Assembly (NCBI GenBank): GCA_038087875.1
Contig: CM075989.1
Location: forward strand, 14,818,001-14,882,000
Reading direction: 5' to 3'
DNA from: Malacoraja senta
Lineage: Eukaryota
DNA: 64,000 bases
Each line of letters begins with the position of its first letter. The first letter of the stretch is position 1. The notes under the pieces are model-generated. The model made no database searches and was not told the origin of the DNA. It was given only the letters and a program-made list of their open reading frames with translations. The position numbers and the translations under genes are program-made. Below are positions 49,672 through 62,196 of this stretch, in pieces.

Positions 49672-51025
49672 CTTTTAAAATAATTTTTAAAAAATCACTA
49701 CCTTCAGGCACATACTGATGTCCAATGAACTAATGAACATAGTGAATCAAATCTCTAATTTTTGTCAAAATCTAAAAAAACACAAGATCATACCAACAAT
49801 TCTCTGAAACGATTTGCAGGTGTATACTATTACCATGTTCATTCTATTACATAAATGACTCAAATATCTGGCCTGAACATTCAAATGATTTATATAACCA
49901 CAGTGCAAGGACATGGGCTGAGAAAGTTCTTTGTACAACTCCACAAAGTAGTGCCGTGTGATTGAAAAGTTGCCTTAATCCAGAACTGAGCAGTTTTATA
50001 AACATGCCAGGGTATTTTAGTACCCACTAAAAGAAAAATTGACATCTGATAATTTCACGAGATTTCCGTTTATCCTAGCACGTTTTTCATCATAGAATTC
50101 CACAGATGACATCAACAATAGAGCAGTATGAAAAATGCCTCTATCGCCTGTGAAATGTTCAAACTCACTGGTTTGTTGGTTCTTATTTACTCACAGAACA
50201 TGGTTTTAAAAACGAATTCCCTGAGAATGTGCCATCTAGAGGTTAAAACTCAAAACTGCACTCTTTCACATCACTTGAGATTTTAGGTTTTGGTTTATTA
50301 TTGTCAAGTGAACCGAGGTACAGTAAAAAGCTTTATTTTACATGCTATCTAATCAGATTAGATAAATAAATACATAAATAGAATCGTCAAACTCAAGTAC
50401 AATAGGTGGAATAAAGGGGAAGTACATAGTGCAGAATGTAGTTCTCAGAATGTAGCAAACCAGTACCATAGACAATGTCTGCAATGGGTTGGAGGTGAAT
50501 TGGACAATAGCCTAGCTGATGGGGGCCATTCAGAAGCCTGATAAAAGAGGGGAAGAAACTACTCGCGAGTCTGGTAGTTCCCACTTTCAAGTTTCTGTAT
50601 CTTCTGTCCGATGGGAGTGGGGAGAAGGAAGAATGACCCGGGTGGGACAAGTCTTTGTTGGCTTGTTTTCTGAGGCATTGTGAAGTGTAGACGGGGTCAG
50701 TGATTGGGGAGAGGGGGGGGGGCGTTTTTGTCGGTGTGATGGAATGGGCTACATCTTCAACTATCTACAATTTCTTGTGGTCTTGGGCAGAGCTGTTTAT
50801 GGTGCATCCGCAGAAGTTTGTAAGGATCACAGGATACGTGTGGTGTCCAGACATGGGAAATCTATAGCTTCCTGCAATCCTCCACCAATATCTCATGTGC
50901 ATACCTGGACTCTCTACATTTCTTTATGAAAGAGGTAATTTGGCTAATCGAGTCTACACAGGCTCACAGACCAATCACATTACACTGTTACTTTTCCTTG
51001 AAATGTATTCTCATCTAAGCCAGTT

Positions 51026-51610
51026 TGGAGCTGACTTCGTTTCAAAAGAGCTTTCTTAACTATGGCTTAATAACAGCAAAAAAACTTATACTGAAATTTT
51101 GGAAAAACGCTCCCACGCCAACGATAAAAATGTGGATTTCTAATATGTCGGAACTGTTACACCTAGAAGATATGAGATTCCTCTTAGCAGGTAAACCAGA
51201 CCATTTCCAAAAGATTTGGTCTCCATTTATCGACTTATTACAAATATAGGGTGCAACAACATGTTGATAATAAATGGTTTCAGGACCTGGTGAGGGGTGA
51301 GTAAAGATATGGTAGGTACATCCCTTTTATCTTGTCTTATCTTATCTTACTTTTTTTTCTTTTTCCTACTTTTGATTTTTCTCTTTTGTTTAACTCTTTC
51401 TTGTGGTTTAGGTCCCTATGGGTGTTCCTGGACCACTCTTTCACTCACTCACTTACTATCTTTGCTAACTCTTTCTATCCTTTTTCGTATTAAAGTTTAA
51501 AATAAGAAGTGGGACAAGAAATGTATAATTTTATGTTTGTTTGAGATCACTGTACTGTACAATAATTCTAATAAAAAAATAACTTAAAAAAAAGAAAGTT
51601 AAAAAAAGAA
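51026..51610 (+). mobile_element. L1-clade LINE 3' end
   Basis: LITAKKLILKFWKNAPTPTIKMWISNMSELLHLEDMRF...WSPF, then a T-rich 3' UTR, AATAAA and an A-rich tail. Confidence 0.75.
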
Positions 51611-52728
51611 ATGTATTCTCCATATATTCTGATCAACTCTCCCCATATTCTACCACTCACCTACACATTAGGAGCAATCTACAGTGACCAATTAATCTAC
51701 CAAACATCTTTTGAGGAAACTGGAGCACCTGGAGGCAACCCACGTGGTCACAGGATGAATGTGAAAACTCTATACAGACAGCACTGGGGTTAGAATTGAA
51801 CAAAGAATGCCGTTGCTGTGAGGCATCAGCCCACCTAACTGCCATCGTGTTGCCCAACCTCTTTGCCTGTGAGGATGAGTGAATCTCACATTATCCTCGA
51901 GACCATTCCAGGCTTCTGTTGCTGATAGTCATACACCACGAAAATAGGCTCTTCAGCCTAACTCATGCATGCTCCTGAAAAGACCTCATCTAAGCTAGTC
52001 TTGTTTGCCCATGTATGGCCCATATCCTCTAAACCTCTCATATTAATGTACCTGCCCAAATGCCTTTTAAATCTTTTTGTAACTGCCTCAACTATTTCTT
52101 TTGGAACGTCGTTCCATATACCCACCACCTTCTATAGAAACAATTGCCCCTCAGATTCCTATTATATCTTTCCCCTCTGAAGTAAATCTTGTCCTTTACC
52201 TTGCCCCCTCTCTGTGCCAATTCTCAGTTTCTCCACACAGTCCCAATAAGGTCATCCAAATTCCATGCTCAAAGGGAAAAGATTTAATCATTATGCTTTA
52301 GCCCATGGGAGTGGATGCAGTAGGGGCAAGTAACTGTTATGTTGCAGATTTCACTAAAGTATAAGCATTGACTGCACTCATGTCCTCATGGAAAACCTCC
52401 ATTAAAAACGTCACCCACGGCCCTTTTACACAAAGAATATGCTTATTGAGGGGCCTATTTTGTTGAATAGTCGGGGTGAGGACCAGCTTGTCAAGATTCC
52501 TCTGATCTCGTGGGGATACTTCCATCCATCTCCCTGCACCTTTTTGTCTACAAAAAACCCCACTTGTACCTATCATTACCATGCATCCTGTTTACTCTGA
52601 GCTTCATGCAAACAAAACATATTTGGACCCTAGTGTATATGACAAGAAACTAATCTAATAACTGAGAATATTCAAGACAAATATTAAAGGAATGTGTTTT
52701 TTAAAATATATGTCCGTGGTATGTGGGG

Positions 52729-52760
<32 letters not shown>

Positions 52761-52849
52761 GGGGGTCAGTGCAAGACTAAATATATAAATATAAATATAT
52801 ATTTATGGTAAAAGAGGTAAAAGATCAGCCTTTGAGTATACTGAATGTC

Positions 52850-53075
52850 CAAACTCTGCCTCTCCTTCACCTCCCTCCCTCTCCTCTCCGTGAATCTGCC
52901 CCCCTTGTTCCCTTTGCCTCCCTCTCTCCAAATCATTGCCTCTCCCTTCCCTCGTCTCCTTCCTTCCTCTCCCCCTCTCCATCCTCCTCAAGACGCCCCT
53001 CCAACCCCTCCCCCTCCCCCTCCCCCTCCCTTCACCCTATCTGCCGCCGGCAGTTTCCTGCCAGTTTGCCTCCCT
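52850..53075 (-). repeat. Purine-rich, (GGGGGA)n low-complexity tract at the start of DNAAF4 intron 1
   Basis: (CCCCCT)n at about 53004-53030 on +, so G-runs on the sense strand. Confidence 0.8.
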
Positions 53076-53078
53076 CAC

Positions 53079-53201
53079 CTTTAAATAATCTTCCGCACAG
53101 AAGATGTCCGCTTTCCCGGCAACGACGCCCTTCAGCGGCACGGTGATATAGACCCGGGACTCCGCCTGCTCCCAGGTGTAATCCTTGACCAGCACCGGCA
53201 T
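53079..53201 (-). CDS. DNAAF4: DNAAF4 (DYX1C1) first coding exon; total CDS 1278 nt, 425 aa
   Basis: MPVLVKDYTWEQAESRVYITVPLKGVVAGKADIFCAEDYLK|gtgagg, 123 nt. All nine exons splice in frame. Confidence 0.96.
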
Positions 53202-53218
53202 TTCACCCGAGGTGGCTG

Positions 53219-53301
53219 TCCGCCCGCCCGCCCGCTACTAGGATGCGGCTTCGGTTGCTAGGGACCAGCACATCCGGTTGTTGCTTGAATTGTACTTCCG
53301 G
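53219..53301 (-). promoter_or_regulatory. DNAAF4 proximal promoter with GC boxes, RFX X-box and ETS site
   Basis: (CCGC)n at 53219-53234, GTTGCTAGGGACC (CCTAGCAAC half-site) at 53254-53266, and ACTTCCGG at 53294-53301. Confidence 0.7.
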
Positions 53302-53439
53302 GACAAGTCAAGTTGTTGCTGGAGTGATGGAGAGAGTTTACTGTGGACCCTCATCACTGAAACAGGCAACACAAGGGGATGTATTATAGCACGTTACTGA
53401 AGAGAGAGAAAATTAATTACATTTTTTTTAATGTACGAT

Positions 53440-54600
53440 ACAATACTATAGAACTTTATTTATCCCAGGATGGAAATTGATCTGCCAACAGTCATGAAAG
53501 CACAAGATATGTGAAACATGAAATTAAAGTGACGATTGGAAAGGATTGGGGATGTACAAATATTTTGAGAGGGGAGGGGGCGTCAGTCTACCCCAGGACA
53601 GAAGAGGGAGGAGTTTGATAGCCACTGTGAAAAGGGATCTCCTGTGGCGTTCTGTACTGCATCTTGGTGGAATCAGACTGTTGCTCAAGGTACTCCTCAG
53701 ATTGACTCATCAGGAAGGCTGGCTTCGTCCAGGGGGTGGAGTTGGATTCATGGGAGGTGCTCATGGAGGGGGTGAGCTGTATTGTCCAACATGCTCCACA
53801 GTTTGAGGAGCATCCTCCCCTCCAAGAGCACCTCCCATGAATCCAACTCCACCCCCTGGACGAAGCCAGCCTTCCTGATGAGTTTGTTAATCCTGTTGGC
53901 GTCTGCGGCTTTCGCTCTGTTGCCCCAGCACGCGACAGCGAAGAAGATGGCTACCACCGATTGGTAGAACATCTGCAGCATCTTGCTGCAGACTTTGAAG
54001 GAGCGGAGCCTTCTCAAAAAGTACATTCCTGTACAGGCCTCAGCGTTCCTGAACCAGTCCAGTTTACTGTCCAGGTACACTCCAAGGTATTTGTACTCCT
54101 TGGTAAAATTCACATCCACACCGTTGATGGAGACGGGGGACAGGGGTGTTCCTCTCCTCCTAAAGTCCACCACTAATTCCTTATTCTTGTCGGTGTTGAG
54201 CTGCAGGGGATTCAGCCCACACCACTCAACAAAGTTGGTGACTCCACCTCTATTCAGCTTCCCTCCCCTCACTGATGCAGCCCACAATTGTAGAGTCATC
54301 TGAAAACTTGGCAAGAGTCCAAGTTATATCTGATTCCAAGGTGTAGATGGTGAACAGGAAGGGAGAGAGGACCATCCCCTGTAAGCCCCCTGTGTTGTTC
54401 ACTATCTGAGACTGCAGCCTGACATATTGTGGTCATCCAGTCAGGTAGTTGGTGACAGGACACCAATGGAGCATCAGGCTGCATCTTTGTCAGTTTGCTC
54501 CCTAGCAGTGCAGGCCAGATGTTGTTAAAAGCACTGGAGAAGTAAAAAAACGACACAGTGCTTCCCGGCTTATCTAGGTGAGCAAAGGAACGATTGAGCA
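53440..54600 (-). mobile_element. Rex1/Babar-type LINE RT fragment
   Basis: FVEWC..N.LQLN..K.KELVVDFRR...YKYLGV.LDSKLDW...YFLRRLRSF. Confidence 0.88.
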
Positions 54601-54639
54601 GGTGGATGATGGCATCCTCATGCCCCCATCTTTGTTTGA

Positions 54640-55400
54640 CGTAGCATTTTCAGCAAAGAACCTAAGTAGTAATAAGCACAAAATGCTGGATATACTCAGC
54701 AGGTTCAGCAATGGAAGAAATACAAGTGTTAACTTTTCAGATCAAAGACCCTTCATCAAAACCTAATTAGTAATCTAAACTGCTGATATTTAGCCTTCTG
54801 TTCCCTCAATGTACTGTGAAAGAGGTATGTTGCAGACCTCAGGACTTTCCAAAACACTTTAGTGCCAATCAAGTGCTTTTGAAATAAAATGCAGGAAACA
54901 ATAGATCAGCTGGTCCGTAGAGGGAGAAAATGAATGATCATTTTGGACCACCCTCTTCTCATTGACGCGTTATAACTCAACAAACAGCTAAATTTACAGG
55001 TAACAAGGTTCTAGAAACAGCAATGTTATACAGGAGTAGGGTAGATCAGGTAGCCAGGGTAAAAGTAGGAGCATTAGGGACAACAGGGGTAATCTGTGTG
55101 TGAAAGCAGAAGGTGTAGGCAAGATCTGAAATGAATAATGTTCACAAAGGAAAATAACTTTGTAGCTATAGAATTCAGTGAAAGGGTAGGTTAAATTGTA
55201 GCACGTCTCCACAAATAAAAATTATTTACTCAATGCTTTAATGCGCTATATGGTGGATAAATCTCCAGGGCTAGATGGGGTATATCCCTGGCTGCAATGG
55301 GAGCCAGGTAAAGAGATCGGTGCGGTTTAGGGGCAGTAGTGGTTAAAATGGGAAATTATTGAGTTATATGAAGTTATGAGTGATATAGATAGGGTAAACT
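54640..55400 (+). repeat. Copy 1 of a local direct duplication of about 0.75 kb
   Basis: Collinear similarity with 61255-62520 across unique-looking and repeat-derived segments. Confidence 0.85.
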
Positions 55401-57661
55401 ACAGACAAAGCAAATCATGGCTGAATTAGTGTTCAAGTCATGTTGAATTTATTGTCATATGTACAGCACGATGAGGTACATGTACACTGAAAATCATGCT
55501 TGTAGCAACATCACAAGTATAGACTCAAATTAAACACACAGAAACATTAATCATACATAAAGTACACAAAACATTCTACAAGAGAGGAAAAAGAAAAAAG
55601 ACTGCAAAACAACAACACGTTGAGGCAAAACACAATTAGAATATCTTTCACAGGTTAATCTCAATGACAAGGAGTTAAGGTTGTTAGTAGCACGCTTGCC
55701 TCAGTAAAAAGTTATGGGTCGAATTCCACTGCGGGGACATTGCATTGGTAAAATTTACTCTAAAACCCTTTTGGTCCACGTGATAGTCAGAAAAGAATGC
55801 TCAAGCTCTACTTACCTACTGCTCTACCCCTTCCCTGTCCATAGTGTCAATACAGTATTTGCACTCAATATCAAGGTCTGCAACATACAACTGCAGCACG
55901 AGCATTGTTTCCTAGCTAGAACTGAGGACCGGCAGAGTTATCCACTTGGTCGCATCTATTGTACGCTTATCACAGTGCAAACAGGATGCAGTAAGGTTCA
56001 AGCTCTTCAGTAAGGACATTTACAGAATGATTACATTGTGGTGATTAAATTGTAAAGATAATTACCATCTGCAACATAAATTATACTGTAATATAAAATT
56101 AAAAAAAAGAAAATTTGACATTTCTTCAGAAATAAGTGGTGAAAAAGAACTTATTTTACTCATCTCAAATTTAATTATCTGGTTGTTTTACAGATGATCA
56201 CAATCTAGTAACAACAGCTTTAGTAAAGGTAGATAAAAATGCTGGAGAAACTCAGCGGGTGAGGCAGCATCTATGGAGCGAAGGAATAGGTGACGTTTCG
56301 GGTCGAGACCCTCCTTGATTAAATGTCAGCATTTCTCATTAACTGTATTCTACATTTTTCCATTTGTTATACTCATCATTTTCAAACCAATTACACCAGG
56401 GACTATAGACGTATCATTCATAGCGTTTCATTGATCTATCACAGGCAGGCAGGCAGGCAGGCAGGCATCATCACAAAGCCCAAGATTTTGTCCATATTAA
56501 ATCAAGTTTAAAATTAAACTAACTAACATGCAAAACTAACTGACACGCAAACAGCAATTAAGCCTTGCAGAGTTCTTTTTGTGGTAAATGTTGTTGCAAT
56601 GTGCTTGCCAGGTGCTAATCTGCCCACAGTATGTCCTCATCAACGTGATAGTGTCATACAGTACAGTTTGTATTTTCTTATTTCTAGCAGCAAATATTAT
56701 CCATACATAATTCATAGTACCCAACATCTTTTGTTTGTCAGTTACTTGGCAAGACGTCTGTAGTTGGTCTCCTCCTGTCAAACAAAAACATCACTGTTTT
56801 ACACACCTGTAGCTTCATTCAATGTAAATCTATCTGATGATGGTTGTGATCATGGGGGAGGGGGACCCTGTCTGACCAATTTCATTGAGTGTTTTGAAAA
56901 GGTAGCAGAATGTATTGATGAGGGCAGCACAATTGATGATGTGCACATAGATCTCACAAAGGCCTTTCACAGGGTCTCAGATGAAACACTGGTCCAAAAG
57001 GTTAGAGCCCATGGGATCCAAGGCACGTTCACAAACTAAATTCCATCTGCTATTGCTCTGATCATCTTACCAACTGAGCATTCTACTAGCATTCTGCATC
57101 TTAAGACTATCCTTCACACAATCAAAATCACTACCAATTTATGTGTCATCTGCAAACTTACAAATAATTCCTCCTACATTCATATCTAAATTATGAATGT
57201 ATTAACAAATATTAGCAGCTCCAGCATCAATTCACTTGGTACATGATTCCGATCACAAAAGCAACCCTGCACTCTCACCCTTTCCTTCCTATTATCAAGC
57301 AAAGTTTTGATCCAAGGAGCATAAGCTCAGTCTTTAAAATGATATTGATCAGTAGATAAATTGGGCAGGGCAGATGAAAATTAATCCTGATAAGTGTGAG
57401 GTTGCGCACTTTAACAGGACTATTAGGGTAGGACATACAACATAAATAGTAGTGGTGGGGGGTAATGAAGAACAGAGGGACATTGAGGCAGGTAGGGAAG
57501 GTAGTGAAGGCATACGAAATGTAATAAGTAGGAACTACAGATGTTGATTATGCCAAAGAAAGACTTTAAAGTGGAACAGCAGGTAGAGCTGTTGCACCAC
57601 ATTCCCAGAGACCCAGGTTAGATCCTGATCTCGGGTGCTGTCTGTGTGGAGTTTGCACATT

Positions 57662-57991
57662 ATAGACAATAGACAATAGGTGCTGGAGTAGGCCATTCGG
57701 CCCTTCGAGCCAGCACCGCCATTCAATGTGATCATGGCTGGTCATCTCCAATCAGTACCCCGTTCCTGCCTTCTCCCCATATCCCCTGACTCCGCTATCT
57801 TTAAGAGCCCTATCTAGCTCTCTCTTCAAAGCATCCAGAGAACCTGCCTCCACCGCCCTCTGAGACAGAGAATTCCACAGACTCACAACTCTATGTGAGA
57901 AAAAGTGTTTCCTCATCTCCGTTCTAAATGGCTTACCCCTTATTCTTAAACTGTGGCCCCTGGTTCTGGATTCCCCCAACATCGGGAACAT
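57662..57991 (-). mobile_element. CR1 3' fragment (second subfamily) inserted into a V-SINE (about 57570-58200)
   Basis: TRGHSLRIRGKPFRTEMRKHFFSHRVVSLWNSL with a (CTATTGT)n tail. The SINE V-domain resumes at about 57992. Confidence 0.85.
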
Positions 57992-59302
57992 TCTTCCAGT
58001 GACCACGTGAATTTCCTCTGGGTGCTCCAGTTTTCTCCCATATCCCAAAGTCGTGCAGGTATGCGAGCTAATTTTCCTCTGTAAATTGCCCCTAGTTTGT
58101 AGCGAATGTGATACCATAAAACTAGTGTAAACGGGTGATGGATGGTCAGTGTGGGCTGAAAGACTTGGTTCCATGGTGAATCTCTGAACTAAACTGAACT
58201 AAAGACACAAAATGAAAGGAGAATGCAAGGAAGGGTCCCGACCCAAAACATCACCTATCCATGTTATCCTGAGATGATGCCTATCCCATTGAGTTACTCC
58301 AGCATTTTGTTTATTTTTAAGGCATGCAGAATATTAGCCGCCGTATAGAGTATAAGAACAAGTATATTTATGGTACAACTTGAATCCACCTCCAGTTTCC
58401 TATAGCAGCATGTTCCATATACCCAGCACCTCTGTGTGAAAAACATTGTCCCTCAGATCTCTTAAATCTTTTCCTTCTCAGCTTAAATCTATTCCTCTAA
58501 TTTTAGTATCTACTACCTTTGTAAAAGAACTATGGCCATCCACCTTATTTGCACCCCTTATGATTTTATACAGTATATATATATATATATATATATCTCT
58601 ATAAGGTCACCTTTTAGTCTCTTATGTTCCAGGGGAAAAAGTCCCAGCCTATCCTATAACCCAAGCTCTCCAGTCCTGGTAGCATCCTTGTGAAACTTTT
58701 TCTACTCCTTCCAGCTTAATGATGTTTCATTCCTGTTTGGTGACCAGAACAGTGCACAATACCCCAAGTGTGGTCTCATAAACAACTAGTACAGTTGGTA
58801 CGTGACATCCCAACTCCTGCATTATTGCCTTGATGGAAGAAGGCCAGTGTATCTTTTTCAATGCCTGCAAGCTGCATTGCCACATTTATGGAACTATGTA
58901 CTTGTACACCTATGTCTCTCTGTTCTAAAACACATTAAAGGGCCCCATCATTTAATGTGTAAGTTCTGCCTGATTTAACTTACCCATTTGCAGCATCTCA
59001 CATTTTTATGAGTTAAATGTCATCTCCATTCTTTGGGCCAATTCCTCAGTTCATCTGGATACTATTATCATCTTAGATAACCCTCTTCACTGTCCACTGT
59101 ACCACCAGTTTTGATGTTATCTGCAAACTTACTAACCATGTTAACAACATTGTTATCCAGACGCATGCAGAGGAGAATCACAAAAAGTGTTGTCTCTGAT
59201 GGAATGTTTCAGTTACGAGGAGAGACTGAATAAATTTGATTTCCTGTGATGGAATTCTGCTCTAATTCCATTTACATTTTCAGATGACACCAGTGCAGTG
59301 GG

Positions 59303-59465
59303 TAGGAAGGAACTGCAGATGCTGGTTTAAACAAAAGATAGACACAAAATGCTGGAGTAACTTACCTTGTTACAGGCAGCATCTCTGGAGAGAAGGAATA
59401 CGTGACGTTTCTGGTCGAGACACTTCTTCAGACTAGTCAGGGGAAAGGGAAACAATAGATATAGA
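59303..59465 (-). mobile_element. 163-bp Penelope pLTR insertion with hammerhead motif, 12-bp TSD
   Basis: TSD cagtgcagtggg at 59291-59302 and 59466-59477. CUGAAGA...GAAACGUC at 59404-59431. Confidence 0.8.
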
Positions 59466-61608
59466 CAGTGCAGTGGGCCAGTCTCGAACAATGAAGAGAA
59501 GTAGTACAGAGAGGAGAAAGAGAGCTTAGTAACATGTTATCATGACAAAAACTCTTCCTTAATGTCAGCAAAATGAAGGAACTAGCCATTGATATCGGAA
59601 GCCGAGTGGAGTACTCACCCTCGTCTGCATCAATGGCGCTGAAATGGAAATGTTCGAGAGCTTCAAGTTCCGAGACATAAATGACACCAGCAAAATGTCC
59701 TGATTTAAACAAAGATAGAAGAAGGAATGACTGGGATGTAAGTGATGTGTCAAAGGGCACCAAGATGTGTTTGTAATTGTTTACATTTTGAGTATTTTAG
59801 TAAGCATACAGAGTACAATGTTCAAGTATGTTGTTTTCTTGTGATAAGCATGTACATTAATATAAATATCGAGTATTATTGTGGATTCAATACCATGGAT
59901 GGTCCAGAGATGTTGATGTAATGCTCTTCTCGTGTAATCTTAATGTCTTAAAGTTACCAGCTTCACACACAAACTGCAACTGTGATTCACAAGCCATCCG
60001 CCTATTAAGCACTGCCCATCCATTCTCCCTCACTCTTATATGTGCTCGTGATGATCAGGGGTCTAACAAGAAGCACACTGTGGGTTAGAACACATTGAGT
60101 TACATACAGTTAGAACTAATAAATTAAAGGTCTCTCCCAATTAATGAACAAATTAACTGAACAAATCGTCGCTAAAATACCAGGCTTTGTATAATTAATC
60201 ACTGATCAAAGTTTTTGTTTTGTTCAGTTGGAGACTAATTTTTCAAATACAGGCCATGAAACCAGTGAAATATAACATGGTATTGGTTTATTACTGTCAC
60301 GTGCACCAAAATACAGTGAAAAACGTTGTTTTAACATCTCCTTGGTTAGGTAAATGGGAAACAAGCTATGAAATAAACAAGCCATTTAAAATAGAATGGA
60401 AATTGTCTGGAGCATACGTGCTCCTCCATCTGCCAAAAATAGCCCCTGGTTGAATGACTTGTACATTACGGATTGTATTTTCAGCTTGTTAAATCCAGCT
60501 TCTGATTTACCTTTCCTTATTGGCAAGAGAATGATGAAATTCTGACATTTTCTTTACATGGTAACTTTTTATGGTAACTGGTATCCTCCATGTAAATTAC
60601 ATGTTTGCAGTATCTTCTGCTGATACCATTTTTTGCAAACCAAGGTTTTTTTTTAAAGAACCGAACCTCTTTGTTAATTAGGAGAAACATGTATGACCAT
60701 TCATAGTTTTTGCCCGTGAGCAGATGACTATTTGGGCCACCCCATTCTTCATTATGCTCATCTGAAACAGAAGCCCTACCTCCCCCAAACCACTTTATCG
60801 TAATGACTCAATGTACCATGTTTCCTCACTCCATGTGTATTGTGACTATGCTTCACAGCCACTGCACATATTATTCACAGCTAATCCATCTATTTCTTTC
60901 ACCCTTATCTGTGGTCTTGGACCACAAAAGTTCAAATACAATTAATGTTTTTATGTTGACGGACACAGAGAATCATGTTAGGACTGAACTGCTGACCCTT
61001 CTGACTGTTGAATGTCTTACACTGGTCAAGTATTCTGTCATGCTTCATTATTAGATTACTTTCAGTTTATTACAATGTAAAGTACATAATTCAGATGGAA
61101 ATTCTTAGTTAGTGTTTTGAATACAAATTATAGTAGAGACAAAGAGAATTGAAGACTGGTACTTAGAATCAGTGTGTTTCTGTTGCCTCCCATACTTAGT
61201 CATATGTATGCATATTTCATTTTCAACAAATTAACATTGAGCTTTTTTTTAAATGTAGCGTTTTCAGCAAAGCACCTAATTCGTAATAAAAGTACAAAAT
61301 GCTGGATATACCCAGCAGGTTCAGCCACATCTATCAGAAGAAATACAAGAGTTCACTTTTCAGATCAAAAACCCTTCATCAAAATCTAATTAGTAATCTA
61401 AACTGCTGATGTTTAGCCCTCTGCTCTCTCCATGTACTGAGAAAGAAGTAACTTGCAGATCTCAGGACTTTCCAAAACACTTTAGGGCCAATCAAGTGCT
61501 TTGTAAATAAACCAGAAAAAAATGCAGGAAACAATAGATCTGCTAGTCCATGGAGAGAGAAAATGGATTATCATTTTGGTCCATCACTCCTCTCATTGGT
61601 GCATTATA

Positions 61609-62005
61609 TATCCTTCTTAGGCCCCTCTTGGTCAGGGTTGGAGGGCACCTGTGCGTGACTTTGTTTAACGTGGGGAGACTGGTGCACAGACAGCCACCAC
61701 ACGGTCCTTGACATATCTGGGTCAAGATCCAGTGGCATGGAGTCCAAGACGACCGGAGACCCTTTTCTGCTGCCGCCTTCATCCGCCTTCCCAGCCGTTG
61801 TGACGCTCCACTAAGGTCAGCCATCATCCTCCGCCTGTTCCACCGTTGAGGTCTTGGTTTGATTGCTCTTCGTCAGAGTCCTCCCCTTCGACCTTACCGC
61901 CATGGGTGGCCCAACCAGGAGCATAGCTCCAGATGGCATCGCTCTCAGGATCTCAGGACCACAAAAGCTTCTCCACCACGACAAGATGACAATCCACGGA
62001 GAAGT
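61609..62005 (-). mobile_element. Non-autonomous RTE-derived short element (about 400 bp)
   Basis: The 5' end ...TTGTCGTGGTGGAGAAGCTT...GAGCGATGCC...GGGCCACCCATGGCGG resembles RTE/BovB 5' UTRs. attata TSD. Absent from the paralogous site at about 54973. Confidence 0.6.
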
Positions 62006-62067
62006 ATTATAAATCAGAAAACAGCTATATTTACAGATAACAAGGTTCCACAAACATCAATGTTATA

Positions 62068-62196
62068 TCTAAAAAAGGGTCTCAACCCGAAACGTCACCC
62101 ATTGCTTCTCTCCAGAGATGCTGCCTGTCCCGCTGAGTTACTCCAGCATTTTGTGTCTACCTTTGATTTAAACCAGCATCTGCAGTTCTTTCCTAC
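62068..62196 (+). mobile_element. 129-bp Penelope pLTR insertion, 14-bp TSD
   Basis: TSD acatcaatgttata at 62054-62067 and 62197-62210. The empty site is visible in duplication copy 1 at about 55020-55030. Confidence 0.85.
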
